This document shows positions 1 to 15,380 of a stretch of DNA of 64,000 bases, in pieces; position 1 is the stretch's first letter, and the number at the start of each line of letters is the position of its first letter. The translations under genes were made by a program, and so were the position numbers. The notes under the pieces were generated by a model. It had not been told where the DNA came from. It was given only the letters and a program-made list of their open reading frames with translations, and ran no database searches. Origin of the DNA: Eledone cirrhosa (Eukaryota); assembly GCA_964016885.1 (NCBI GenBank), contig OZ024741.1, positions 288,424,001 to 288,488,000 on the forward strand, read 5' to 3'.

Positions 1-175
1 GTGGTACCATGGGCCCAGCACTGTGTCAATAATTGTCACAGGTGTAGTGTTTGCACCAGAGTTTTCAACTCGCTGGCTGGACTAAAAAGTTACACTCGTT
101 CAGCGCATCGGTAGGGGTTCTCCTACATGGATGTGGGGTAGTGGCCGTACTCGAAAACGAGTTGGCAGCCACCAT
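1..175 (+). mobile_element. 3' end of an RTE-clade LINE (C-terminal zinc-finger-like peptide, stop at 112-114, short 3' UTR, (TATG)n tail)
   Basis: Frame 1 reads ...CHRCSVCTRVFNSLAGLKSYTRSAHR*, resembling the C2H2-like C-terminus of RTE ORFs; followed by about 60 nt and (TATG)n. Confidence 0.6.
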
Positions 176-197
176 GTATGTATGTATGTATGTATGT

Positions 198-507
198 TTT
201 CTCTTTCTCTTAATTTCGAGTATATTTTTTTGACCGGCCACCTTCCTGGTGGCAAGGTTGTAAAAGAAAAGAAATTGTCATCCCTTGAATCGCAAGAATG
301 TTTTGCAAATTTTGAAGGTGCCAGCTATCGCAGCCATTTGTAGACTATGAATTAGGGAGCTGCGCTTTTTGTCCGCAAATCCAAGTTCAGTCATACTTTG
401 GTCCAAGCGGGTTGGTATATAACCCGTAGCACCAATAATGATGGGTATGAAGCTAAAGGTGTATCTTGGATACTGGATTTGTAAACTCCTCATCAATGGT
501 CCGTAGA
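198..507 (-). mobile_element. 5'-truncated Dong/R4-type (REL endonuclease) LINE 3' end inside a (CATA)n tract
   Basis: ORF 278..496 (FSFIPIIIGATGYI...GTFKICKTF) aligns by eye with 50322..50648; (TATG)n on both sides. Confidence 0.75.
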
Positions 508-599
508 TGTATGTATGTATGTATGTATGTATGTATGTATGTATGTATGTATGTATGTATGTATGTATGCATATATGTATGCATATATGTATGTTTTAT

Positions 600-683
<84 letters not shown>

Positions 684-765
684 CCCTTCCATATACTGTA
701 TCGTCTGTGTTGTTATTTCTGTTTACCTTTTACATACATATATATATATATATATATAATATATA
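508..765. repeat. Compound (TATG)n/(CA)n/(TA)n microsatellite
   Basis: Seen directly. Confidence 0.95.
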
Positions 766-1062
766 AGAACAAAAGATGGTTAAAAGAGTTCCATGTATTT
801 TATTATGCGCATTTCAAAAACAAATATCATCATGCAATAATATTTGTGTTTTCATCAGATAAAACATGAAGACATGATATGAAGGTTAAAAAACACTTGT
901 GGATAGTTCAGTTTTAAATCAACATATGAGAAGTAGTTTTAGATTGATGTGTGATATTGGGAAAAATATTTTATTTAGAGGGGGGAGGGGGGGTTGGAAA
1001 GGATGAAAAAAAAAGGAGATATCTGCATTGCTTTATTGTACTACAATAAAACTCACCTCCTA
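760..1062 (-). mobile_element. Penelope-like pseudo-LTR remnant, family A
   Basis: 770-900 matches 41790-41930 and the reverse complement of 13980-14118 and 43495-43630; 1018-1062 matches 43676-43722; flanked by (TA)n. Confidence 0.7.
798..864 (-). ncRNA. Type I hammerhead ribozyme, family A
   Basis: Minus strand: UUUUAU-CUGAUGA-AAACACAAAUAU...AUAUUUGUUUUU-GAAA-UGCGCA-UA-AUAAAA; palindromic stem III. Confidence 0.75.
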
Positions 1063-1063
1063 C

Positions 1064-1133
<70 letters not shown>

Positions 1134-2264
1134 GTGTGTGTGTGTGTGCGCGTGTGTGTGTGTGTGCGCGTGTGTGTGTGTGTGCGTGTGTGTGTGTAGG
1201 ATATAATCAAGTTTGAGAGCCCCCATTTTCAATCATCCTTGAAAAGAACGGATGACTATATACGTGACGAGCCATTCTCTGTTAATAAAAGAAAACCATC
1301 ATATCGAATTATTCTCCATTTGGTATCTTAGTTGAATTGATATTTTCTACAAAAGTATAGGAAGGATTACCGATAGGACTAGTCACCTAAAGACAACGGC
1401 TGGCTTAAGAGTGAGCCCCGTAAATTGGGGTGGCTGTTGCATGCTAGAAAGAGCAGCCAAATCTCTTTTCCAATGACATCCTTTCTATTTAATAGTTTGA
1501 TAACTACCAACATGTCTTGACCATTCTCTGCGGTAATGCATTTGCCGTTTTATCAGCGGCGTGGTTGAACCACTCCTCAGACTGGGGTGTAGTGTAGTGT
1601 CTGCCCCATCTCCGTTTCTTTCGTTGCTTGATCCCTTTTTTTTACTTTATTTCTTTTTCTTTCCTTTTTTCCTCCTCCTGCTTTGTTTTTATTAGATACT
1701 GCTAAATAATTTCATTAATTCCCAAGTCAAATGTATAACCTTATAAGTATACGCAAATGTAAACAACATTTGTTGTCCTTATTTGACCCCACAAGACAGC
1801 TCTGATTGAACTGGCCTATAATCCCGGATGTTCCAAGTGTGACCACCCAGTTTTTTTCAATTTCTTGTCCGATGTATCAGCTTCAAGGTTGCAGGTTTTT
1901 TTCAGTCGAGGTAGATTTAGCTGCTTGTTCGTCTTGTGGTTTCGGCACTGGTTATGACACTGAAGATAATGTAGTTTTTGCTGTTAAGTTCCAGGTCAAA
2001 AACGTTCTAGCCGTAACTAGCCTGTTGTTTTAAGGGCTATTTAGGACTAAATTATCTAAGGAGTTATCTAACTATTATATACAAAGGATGTCATTTAAAA
2101 AGAGATTTAGCTGTTCTTTCTAGCATGTCAAACGCTCATATAGAAACACCATTCATCGGCGTTGGTGGAGCTGTTTGTATCGGGGATACAGTAGTTGATA
2201 TACATGACTAGAGCAATGTGTATTACAGCCTGCATAACTGTACATTTGTATGTAGAACGCGCGG

Positions 2265-2905
2265 AAACACACACACACACACACGCACAGCCACACACAC
2301 AGCCACATACATACATACACACACACACAGCCATACACACACACACACATAGAGACACAGGCAGACAGACATACACACACTTACATACACATACACAGCC
2401 ACACACACACATAGACAGACAGACACACACATACATACATACACACACACACACACCGGCACATACAGACACACACACATACACACACACAGAGTCACAC
2501 ACACACACACTTACATACACACACACACACACAGCCACACACACACACATAGAGGCACAGACAGACAGACAGACAGACAGACACACACATACACACATAC
2601 ACACACACAGAGCCACACACTTACATATACACACACACACACACACACATAGACACAGACAGACAGACACACACATACATACATACACACAGCCATAAAC
2701 ACACACACACACAGGCACAGACAGACACACACACATACACACACACAGACAGAGCCACACACACACATACATACAGACATACACAGCCATACACACACAC
2801 ACAGAAGCACAGACGGACAGACAGACAGACACACACACACACATCACAGACACACACACACACATACACACACACAGCCACACACATACAAACACATACA
2901 CGCGC
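2265..2905. repeat. Degenerate (CA)n/(CAGA)n/(CATA)n compound repeat
   Basis: Seen directly. Confidence 0.9.
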
Positions 2906-2999
2906 ATAGACTTTTAATATTGCACCACAGTGACGACACGAGTGACAGCAGAGACGGCGTAAGTACATAAATGGCGTCATGTACACGGCCATCATTATC

Positions 3000-3221
3000 G
3001 CCCCCCCCCCCCCCCCCCCCGCACCAACATCATAATCATCATCAGCAGCAGCATCATCATCAGCACCACCAACACCACCACCATCATCATCACCATCAGC
3101 ACCAACGACAACACCTCCAACACCATCATCATCATCATCATAACACCAATATCAAAACCACCAATATCATCACCATCATCATCATCATCACCATCAGCAC
3201 CAACGACAACACCTCCAACAC

Positions 3222-3253
<32 letters not shown>

Positions 3254-3298
3254 CCACCACTACCACCTCACCCCCACCATCACAAACCCCACCATCCC

Positions 3299-3351
<53 letters not shown>

Positions 3352-5354
3352 CCAGCACCAGCACCAGCACACCAGCAACAGCACCACCATCGTCATCATC
3401 ATGATCATCAGCACCTCAAAAACCAACACCAACACCACCATCATCATCATCAACGTCATCTTCATCACCACCACCACCACCACCACCAACAACAACACCA
3501 CCATCATCGCCATCATCATCATTACTACCACCATCAACACCATCATCATCACCCCCATCAACACCATCATCATCACCATCACCACCGCCACCACCACCAC
3601 CATCACCACCAACACTAACACCATCACCATCATCATCACCACCACCAACACCATCACCATCACCACCACCACCACCACTAACACCATCACCACCACCACC
3701 ACCAACACCACCACCATCACCATCACCACCACCACCACCACCAACACCATCACCATCATCATCACCACCACCAACACCATCACCATCACCACCACCACCA
3801 CCACTAACACCATCACCACCACCACCACCAACACCACCACCATCACCATCACCACCAACACCACTAACACCTCCACCGCCAACACTATCACCCACACACC
3901 ACCACCACCACCACCACCACCACCACCACCACCACCACCATCAAAACTATCACCCACACACCACCACCACAACCACCACCACCACCACCAACACTATCAC
4001 CCACACACCACCACCACCAACACTATCACCCACACACCACCACCACAACCACCACCACCACCAACACTATCACCCACACACCACCACCACTAACACTATC
4101 ACCCACACACCACCACCACAACCACCACCACCACCAACACTATCACCCACACACCACCACCACCACCACCACCACCACCATCACCACCACCACCACCACC
4201 ACCACCACACACCACCACCATCAACACTATCACCCACACACCACCACCACCACCAACACTATCACCCACACACCACCACCACAACCACCACCACCACCAA
4301 CACTATCACCCACACACCACCACCACCAACACCATCACCACCACCACCACCACCACCACTACCACCAACACTATCACCCACACACCACCACCACCACCAC
4401 CAACACCATCACCATCACCACCACCACCACCACCACCACCACCACCACCACCACCACCACCACACACCACCACCATCAACACTATCACCCACACACCACC
4501 ACCACCACCAACACTATCACCCACACACCACCACCACCACCAACACTATCACCCACACACCACCACCACCACCACCAACACTATCACCCACACACCACCA
4601 CTATCACCCACACACCACCACCACCACCACCACCACCACCAACAACAACACTATCACCCACACACCACCACCACAACCACCATCACCACCAACACTATCA
4701 CCCATGAACCACCACCACCACCACCACCATCAACACTATCACCCACACACCACCACCACCACCAACACTATCACCCACACACCACCACCACCAACACTAT
4801 CACCCACACACCACCACCACCAACACTATCACCCACACACCACCACCACCACCACCACCACCAACACTATCACCCATGCACCACCACCACCACCACCACC
4901 ACCAACAACACTATCACCCACACACCACCACCACAACCACCATCACCACCAACACTATCACCCATGCACCACCACCACCACCACCACCACCATCAACACT
5001 ATCACCCACACACCACCACCACCACCAACACTATCACCCACACACCACCACCACCACCACCACCACCATCAACACTATCACCCACACACCACCACCACCA
5101 CCAACACTATCACCCACACACCACCACCACCACCAACACTATCACCCACACACCACCACCACCACCACCACCAACACTATCACCCACACACCACCACCAC
5201 CAACACTATCACCCACACACCACCAACACCACCACCACCACCACCACCACCACCACCACCACCAACACTATCACCCACACACCACCACCACCAACACTAT
5301 CACCCACACACCACCACCACCACCACCACCACCACCACCACCACCACCACCACC

Positions 5355-5385
<31 letters not shown>

Positions 5386-5390
5386 ACATT
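3000..5390. repeat. (CAT)n/(CAC)n trinucleotide field; from about 3880 a minisatellite of CAACACTATCACCCACACA + variable (CCA)n
   Basis: Dozens of copies of the fixed core separated by variable CCA runs. Confidence 0.95.
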
Positions 5391-5630
5391 ATTATCAATA
5401 AAACAGCTAGAATTGATAACAAAAATAGATGTAGTTAATAAATGACCAAAATATAAATTGTGTAGGGACGAGAAACACCAATAAATCAATAATATACTCA
5501 CATTGATCTGTCATGAAATATGTGTGTATATATATATATGTATATATAATATGTATATATAATATATAATATATAATATATAATATACAATATATAATAT
5601 ATAATATATAATACACACTATACACTACAC

Positions 5631-5675
<45 letters not shown>

Positions 5676-5825
5676 ATATATTTATGTATTTATAATGTAT
5701 ACATTTTACATATAACAAATACACACACATACATACATATACATGCATGCATACATACATACACACACACACACACATATATATATATTTGTATGTATAA
5801 ATATATATATGTATATATATATATG

Positions 5826-5885
<60 letters not shown>

Positions 5886-5899
5886 CATACATATATTTA

Positions 5900-5933
<34 letters not shown>

Positions 5934-5934
5934 T

Positions 5935-6510
<576 letters not shown>

Positions 6511-6561
6511 TATATATACATATACACATGAATTGCCTATCAAAGCATTTTATACATAAAT

Positions 6562-6605
6562 ATGATAATAATGATAATAATAATACTAATAACAATGACG
6601 ACGAC

Positions 6606-6636
<31 letters not shown>

Positions 6637-7008
6637 ATGGTGATGATGGTGATGATGATTATGATGATTATGACGATGATGATGGTGTTGATGATGGTGA
6701 TTGTGTTGATGATGGTGATGATGATGATGATGATGATGATGATGGTGGTGATGATGATGGTGATTGTGATGGTGATGGTGATGATGATGATGATGGTGGT
6801 GATGGTGATGGTGTTGATGATGATGATGATGATGATGGTGTTGATGATGATGATGATTATGACGATGATGATGATGGTGTTGATGATGGTGATTGTGATG
6901 GTGATGATGATGATGATGATGATGATGGTGATGATGATTGTGATGATGATGATTATGACGATGATGATGATGGTGTTGATGATGATGATTGTGATGGTGA
7001 TGGTGTTG

Positions 7009-7040
<32 letters not shown>

Positions 7041-7063
7041 GATTATGGTGGTGATGGTGATGG

Positions 7064-7095
<32 letters not shown>

Positions 7096-7198
7096 GTGGT
7101 GATGGTGATGATGGTGGTGATGGTGATGATGATGATGATGGTGGTGATGGTGATGATGATGGTGGTGATGGTGATGGTGATGATGGTGGTGAAGATGA
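6562..7198. repeat. (GAT)n/(GGT)n trinucleotide repeat
   Basis: Seen directly; source of the poly-Asp/poly-Met ORFs. Confidence 0.95.
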
Positions 7199-7342
7199 TA
7201 AAAAAGAAATGGTTATATGTGATACAAACATGAAACACCTTACAAAAATAAACAAAAACACCCCAAATAACAAAAGTATATAAAACATGATTACCAAAAT
7301 ATGTTTCGATTGAAATATATTTTCACTTTCGTAAAGAATCTT

Positions 7343-7946
7343 ATATACATACATATATATATAAACTTACATATATACATATATACATACATATATAAAC
7401 TTACATATATACATATATACATACATATATAAACTTACATATATACATATATACATACATATATACATACATATATGCATGCATATATACATACATATAT
7501 GCATGCATATATACATATATGCATGTATACATACATATCTACATACTTACATGCATGCACACATACACATATGCATACATAAATACATACATACATACAT
7601 ACATACATACATACATACATACATACATACATACATACATACATAAATACATAAATATATCTACATACATAACATACATGCACACATACATACATACATA
7701 CAAATATACTTACATACATACAAATATACATGTATACATATATAAATGTACATACATATATGCATACATATATACGCACATACATACACATATAGGCACA
7801 CGCACACATACATATACATATACATATATAGATATGTATGTGTGTGTGTATATACATGTGTCTGTGTGTGATATGTCTCTGTGTGCATATATGTGATATA
7901 CGTATGTTTGTATATTCATATATATATATATATATATATATACACA

Positions 7947-8008
<62 letters not shown>

Positions 8009-8090
8009 AATAAATATAAACTATATACACACACACACACTCACACACACACACATATATATACATATATATACACATCTATATATGCAT
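7343..8090. repeat. (CATA)n/(TA)n compound microsatellite
   Basis: Seen directly. Confidence 0.9.
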
Positions 8091-8244
8091 AAATACACCA
8101 CAAATACTCATTAATGCTTCATTTTGAGTTATGTAGTTGAAATTTGCATTTAATTAAGACTTGTGAGCTTTATAGCTGCTGGGATTTATTACCTGGGTTT
8201 CTTGTTATCATACATACTGTCATGACATACATACACTGACAACT

Positions 8245-8245
8245 T

Positions 8246-8288
<43 letters not shown>

Positions 8289-8638
8289 CATCACTAGCAG
8301 CAATAGCACCATCACCACCAGCACGACTATAGAATCCACCACCACCACCACCACCACAAGCACCAACATCACTAAAACCATCGCAATGGCAACTACAACC
8401 ACGAGACTCTCACTACCATCATCGTTACCGACACCATAACTACAATCACCACTACAACCACCACCACCACCACCACCACCACCACCACCACCACACACCT
8501 CCACCACCACATTCCCCGCCACCGCGACCACCACCACCACCACCACCACCATCACACCCAGCACCACCAAATCCACCGCCACCGCGGCCACCACCACCAC
8601 ACGCATCACCACCACCACCACTGCCACCAGCAACACCA

Positions 8639-8671
<33 letters not shown>

Positions 8672-9145
8672 CTACCACCACCACCATCACCACCGCCACC
8701 ACCACCGCCACATTCACCACCGCCACCACCACCGCCACATTCACCACCGCCAAGCACCCCACCACACCCACCACTACCACCACCAACAACATCACCACCA
8801 CCACCACCACCGCCACCACCACCGCCACCACCATCGCCACATCCACCACCACCACCACCACCACCACCACCGCCACCACCACCGGCACCCCGCCACACCC
8901 ACCACTACCACCAACAACATCATCACCACCACCACCACCACCACCACCACCACCACCACCACCGACACCATCACCACCGACACCACCACAGCCACCACCA
9001 CCGCCACATCCACCACCACCACCACACACACCACCAACAACATCACCGCCACCACCACCACCACCACCACCACCAGCACCCCACCACACCACCACCACCA
9101 CCACCAGCACCCCACCACACCACCACCACCACCACAACAACAACC
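8245..9145. repeat. (CAG)n then degenerate (CCA)n repeat
   Basis: Seen directly. Confidence 0.9.
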
Positions 9146-9299
9146 ATGAATCAATTGATGAAAACAATGACCAACACTAAAACCAAACAACACACAAACG
9201 GAGTATATCTCAAATTAACTCTGAAATCCATGATTTGGGACTTTTGTTTTAAAATCCAGCATTGAATATTTTACCAGTTCACCTATAATCATTTGTGAA

Positions 9300-9519
9300 G
9301 GGCGGTGGATTGGCAGTGTCGGTAGGGGGTTGGACGCCATGCTTTGCAGCATAGTGTTACGGCCCTTTATGGTCTGAGTTCAAATCCCGCCGATGTTAAC
9401 CTTGCCGTTCATCCTTGCGGTGTCGATAAAATAAAGTACCAGTGACACACTGGGGTTGATTTAATCGACTTTCCCCTCCCCCAAAATTGATGGCCTTGTG
9501 CCTATATATAAGAAACCAT
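9300..9519 (+). mobile_element. tRNA-derived SINE, main family (full length)
   Basis: A-box-like GGTGGATTGGCAG, B-box GAGTTCAAATCCC, core CCTTGCCGTTCATCC...GTCGATAAAATAAAGTACCAGT, tail GGCCTTGTGCC...AGAAAC; about 10 copies in the window. Confidence 0.85.
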
Positions 9520-9524
9520 TTGTG

Positions 9525-9860
9525 AGCTTTATAGTGGGCGCAGCTTGGCCTAATGACTACGTTCTTGAGTTCGATCCAACTTCGTAACATTTACCATAGC
9601 ATTACGTCGACTCATAACATGTGAATGAAATTGGATAGGCGGAAACTGCTTGAAAGCTCATTTGAAAGCCCGTCTTTTGGACTGTACTTGTAATTCAAAG
9701 AACCATCCTTGTCACACAGTTTTGCAGTGAATCTTTCTAAGAATTATACTAAGGGTACATGTGTCTGTGGAACGCTCAGCTACCATGTTAATTTCATGTT
9801 AATTTCATGGACAGGCAGTACCGTTGATCGAACTACTGAAATGTTCATCATCGCACCCGT
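9525..9860 (+). mobile_element. Degenerate SINE remnant(s) of other families
   Basis: B-box-like GAGTTCGATCC; patchy similarity to 46620-46737 (reverse complement) and 44150-44260. Confidence 0.4.
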
Positions 9861-10203
9861 CGGAGGTTTTTCGACTAATATAATCTTTATTCTGACAATG
9901 TGGCGGTGAAGGTCTCGAAACACTAACAAATACTAAATATAAACAACCAATAAAGAAATATGGAATTTCCATCATGAAAAGGGTCCAACTTAAACACTTC
10001 CTTTATCCATGGAAGTGTTTTAACCAGAAGATTAAGCTTCGCCAGGTGTAAATATATGTCACCAAGGCGTCCCTACGATTCTATCAAGAGTTTAGAACCC
10101 AAGCACACTCACACATATATACACATACATATACACACACACATATACATACATACAAATATATATAACTATATATATATAAACGATGATGATAATGATG
10201 ATG

Positions 10204-10517
10204 CGACCAAGCATAGATGAGTTGAGAGAGAAACTATGTATAAGAGGGATAAGTTGTAGTGTGCGGGAGAGAAGACTGCGTTGGTATAGACATGTGATGC
10301 GCATGGAGGATGACCGCTGGGTAAAGAAGTGCCAAGAAATCCCAGTAGAAGGAAGACGCAGTAGAAAAGACCACGAAGAAATTGGGCGGAGGTGGGGAGA
10401 GCTGATCTCAGATCGCTGAAACTCACGGAGGAGATGACGAAGGACCGTGACAAGTGGAGAGATGCTGTGCTGAATAGGACCCGTCCAACCCTTGCAAGCA
10501 GGGAAAAGCGGACGTAT
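10204..10517 (+). mobile_element. RTE-clade LINE 3' fragment flanked by (GAT)n
   Basis: RERRLRWYRHVMRMEDDRWVKK...DRDKWR is typical of the RTE C-terminal region; the same terminus recurs as short pieces at about 53027-53052 and 45061-45085. Confidence 0.8.
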
Positions 10518-10531
10518 GATGATGTTGATGA

Positions 10532-10917
<386 letters not shown>

Positions 10918-10996
10918 TTACACGGCTCAGAAATACTTCTTTCTTTGAGCTATTTCATTGTAAAGGACTGCTTGAGTTTAGAACTCATTATTCTTA

Positions 10997-11048
<52 letters not shown>

Positions 11049-11186
11049 TTTTACTCTTTTACCTGTTCCAGCCAGCCGTGTGTGTGTGTGTGTGTTTCTG
11101 ATTGCGAGAGTGCACATTTTCCTGTGCATATCGATACGATGAAACAACTTAGGCACAGACAGAGACGTACATAATACAGACCACAT

Positions 11187-11228
<42 letters not shown>

Positions 11229-11382
11229 CACACACACATATGCACATGTTCTGTTTCTCATCTCTCTCACGCACATGCCCCCACGATACTTACGACAGAA
11301 AATATACTTTTATTCCAATACCCGCCCTTTGCATTTATATATTTATCTACATACATATATATTTATCTGTATATTTATCTGT

Positions 11383-11421
<39 letters not shown>

Positions 11422-11556
11422 CAGATATACATATATATATATATATATATGTGTATAAATGTATATATACATGTGTATATATATACATGTATATATGTAT
11501 ATATATGTATATATATATATATATATGTACATATATATATATATGTACATATGTAC

Positions 11557-11605
<49 letters not shown>

Positions 11606-11665
11606 TATATATATATATATGTACATATATATATATATATGTACATATATAATATTTATATGAAT

Positions 11666-11739
<74 letters not shown>

Positions 11740-12655
11740 AGTACATACAAGCGTATGTGCATACAAAAATATATACACATACTCATATGCATATGTGTGT
11801 GTATGTATATGATACGATCAAAGCAAACGCGAAGAAGGAGAAGAAAAAGAAGGGGGCGGTCTGTGTTTGAAGGTAATAAACGTGAAAATTAACTGTGACT
11901 GGCATACTAATTAGCAATTTAGCTGTTGTCACCATTAACACAGAGCAGCAAATCAGAAGAAGCGTTTAACTTAATCGTTTTGTGGTTTGTTGTTATGTGA
12001 AGTTTTAATGAGTAGCTTAGCTCTTTACATACAGCACTGGCTTCAATATGTCTACGTATGTATGTTTGTGTAGGATGCCGTGCATGTGTGGTGTAAGTCA
12101 GAGCGACGTTTTGCTCCGTCTGCTTATTGTGTGGGTTTGCAGGCCGCGTGCGTGTGTGTGTGTGTGTGTGTGCGTGTGTGTGTGTGTGTCTGTGTGCGTG
12201 TGTGTGTGTGCGTGTGTCTGTGTGTCTGTGTGCGTGTGTGTGTGTGTGCGTGTGTGTGTGTGTGTGTCTGTGTGCGTGTGTGTGTGCGTGTGTCTGTGTG
12301 TCTGTGTGCGTGTGTGTGTGTGTGTGTGCATGCGTGTGTGTATCCGTGCGTGCGCGCGTGTGTGTTTGTGTGTGTGTGTGTGTGTGTGCGCAAGAGCGTG
12401 TTTACGGGAAAGTGGTGAGGCTTGTGACTAGGTTCGGCAGGTATATGGGTATGACCGGTGCAAATAGGTTTGATTCATTTGGTTGTTAAGGTGGGAGGGA
12501 GTGTAAGGTGAAATTGGTGAGGTAAGTTTCGCGAGACACAGAGAGATAGAGAAAGAGAGAAAGAAAGAGAAAGAGAGGAAGAAAGACAGGGAGAGAGAGA
12601 GAGAGTGAGTGCTGTCGGTGTAGAGGAGGAGTAATGGTGAGCCAGAGCGCGAGTG

Positions 12656-12735
<80 letters not shown>

Positions 12736-13189
12736 AGAGAGAGAGAGAAAGGGGCCGAGAGAGGGAGAGAGGGGGAGAGGGAGAGAGGGAGAGAGAAAAA
12801 GAGTATGTGAGTGTAAAATTGAGGGATTGAGAAAGCGGAAATGTGTATGTGAAAGAAACACAGAGAGAGGGGGTGAGAGGAAGTGAGAGGTAAGGAGAGA
12901 GAGGGAAAGAGAAGGAAAGAGAAAGAAAGAGAAGGAAATAGTGTATATCGGAGAGTGAGGCTGAGAAAAAGAGCGAGGAGATGAGAGCTGGCAGAGATGG
13001 GCTGAGATAGTAAGGGTGATAGTAAGAGGGGTGATGTGAATGTGATTGATTGGGGTGAGGGTGGGAGGCTTTATTGCTTGCAATAGATTCATATAAATTG
13101 ATATAAAACATAAGATATATATTGTGTAGATAGAGATATTAGGTTTAAGTAGATTAACGGTGACAAACATGGCGGTCAGACAGGCAAAT

Positions 13190-13221
<32 letters not shown>

Positions 13222-13276
13222 GGTAGATTGACAGATAGGAGAGGGCCAGCGAGAGACTATGAAACACATCAAATAG

Positions 13277-13387
<111 letters not shown>

Positions 13388-13880
13388 CCTCCGTGTGTGT
13401 TTACGTGTGTGTGTGATGACCTTAGCCAGTAGCCTAGTTATTATGGTGTTGGACTTAGCACCATAATGTCGTTGGTTCGATTTCTGGATGGAGTGACGCG
13501 TTGTGTTTTTTTTTAGGAAAATACTACTTTTCATATTGCTCCCGTATATCTTGCTGAAAATAAGTTAACCTTACTCTGTTGGTAACAATTAACGCTGATC
13601 AAATCAGACTAAGCACCAGTCTGGTGAGCCTCCGGACTTTAACCTTTAATTTGTTCATTCTTCCCTTTTGCTCCTTCTTCTTTTTCCCAATAACTTATCC
13701 AGTTATTCGACGCCCTGGGCGGTAGATATCTTGTCTTTAAAGCGTAGAAATATCCGAGACCCCAGTAGACAACTGATAAGGAACCCCCCCCCCCCCGTTC
13801 TTGCTTTCTTCGTATTCCTACTGCATTTTAAGTTACCTTAAATAGCAACTACACAGCCATTTCTATTCTCCATATATTTC

Positions 13881-13959
<79 letters not shown>

Positions 13960-14015
13960 ATTTAAAACTGCACTATCAACAAGTGTTTTTTTAGCCTTCA
14001 TATCATGTTCTCCTG

Positions 14016-14082
14016 TTTTATCTGATGAAAACACAAATATTATTGTTTGATGATGTTTGTTTTTGAAATGCGCATAATAAAA
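14016..14082 (+). ncRNA. Type I hammerhead ribozyme, family A
   Basis: UUUUAU-CUGAUGA-AAACACAAAUAU...AUGUUUGUUUUU-GAAA-UGCGCA-UA-AUAAAA. Confidence 0.75.
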
Positions 14083-14114
14083 TATATTGAACTCCTTTAA
14101 CCATCTTTTGATCT

Positions 14115-14169
<55 letters not shown>

Positions 14170-14314
14170 GTATAATATATATATATATGATATAATATAA
14201 AACGAAAAATCAGTGATGCATCTGAACTCAATTTATTATTGAGTGGATCTGTCAGATTCTGGACCCGCATATATTTATATATATATATATTTATATATTT
14301 ATATATATATATAT

Positions 14315-14678
14315 GACCAAAAGTTAAACAAGGTTCATTGATTAATCAATGAATAAAGTTTTACAATAGATTAGAAGCACTCAACAAAAAAAAGTTTTCT
14401 GGAGTTATTAATATTAATTCAAAATATTAATAAATATAGACATTCACTTAATGAAAATATATTTTTTATTATAATTGTTAATATTGTTAATATTGTTTTT
14501 TATTATATATATTTCGGAGGTACTGTGCTAGCACAGTTGAGGTATGTCATACATCAATTTATATATTTTATCTGATGAGGACGTACTGAAAAAACAGCAC
14601 AGTACCTCCGAAATATATATAATAAAAAATATATTTTGATTAAGTGAATGTCTATATTTATTAATATTTTGAATTAAT
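14315..14678. mobile_element. Inverted-repeat Penelope-like pLTR remnant, family B
   Basis: 14412-14530 is an inverted copy of 14596-14678; homologous to 58535-58795 and 6290-6437. Confidence 0.7.
14566..14627 (+). ncRNA. Type I hammerhead ribozyme, family B
   Basis: UUUUAU-CUGAUGA-GGACGUACUG...CAGUACCUCC-GAAA-UAUAUA-UA-AUAAAA. Confidence 0.8.
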
Positions 14679-14729
14679 ATATATATATAAAGGAACGATT
14701 GGCTTTCGTCAAATCGGACCGAGGAAACA

Positions 14730-14896
14730 ATGTTTTCGTAGGTGTTTCCAGTTGCGAGTACTATCCATCGGTCGCAACTCCAGGTAGAAGGAACAACGTG
14801 AAATAAAGTGTCTTACTCAAGGACATAACGCATCGCCCGGTCCAAGAGTCGAACTCACAACCTCAAGATTGTAAATCAAGTTCTCTAACCACTCAG

Positions 14897-14900
<4 letters not shown>
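14730..14900 (-). mobile_element. tRNA-derived SINE, second family
   Basis: Reverse complement reads GACTGAGTGGTTAGAG...GAGTTCGACTC...TTGAGTAAGACACTTTATTTCACGTTG; similar to 44008-44140. Confidence 0.7.
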
Positions 14901-14951
<51 letters not shown>

Positions 14952-15297
14952 CGTATGTGTGTATAAATAAATAGATATATGTATATATATATGTGTGTGT
15001 GTGTGTGTGTGCTGGAATTGGTATTTCTAAAGAAATACAGTATGTTTATAAGTAAACATTTAGAAAGCCGTAGCTATGCAAACACACCGGCAGCTATCGC
15101 CACCTGGCGGTGTCCGGCAGAAGCAAGGGAGACAATCGTCGATGCATTTCGAACTGAACTGGTACTCATCAGGACAACCCATCCACCTCCTGCAACTGCT
15201 GGATTTTGAAAACAGGCGAGAATATATAGTTTTCTCGTCTGTGTAAATGAGGCGCTTAATCTTATTTGCATATGAAGCTGTATAAGGTGGCTCAACT

Positions 15298-15377
<80 letters not shown>

Positions 15378-15380
<3 letters not shown>

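Noticed and set aside
1700-2125. Unique-looking sequence with a 75-aa ORF
   Set aside because: No motif recognised on either strand
3880-5330. CRISPR-like look (fixed core with variable spacers)
   Set aside because: Spacers are only (CCA)n runs; eukaryotic context; no cas genes
9300-9400. tRNA gene
   Set aside because: A/B boxes belong to a SINE head; no cloverleaf, and followed by the SINE core
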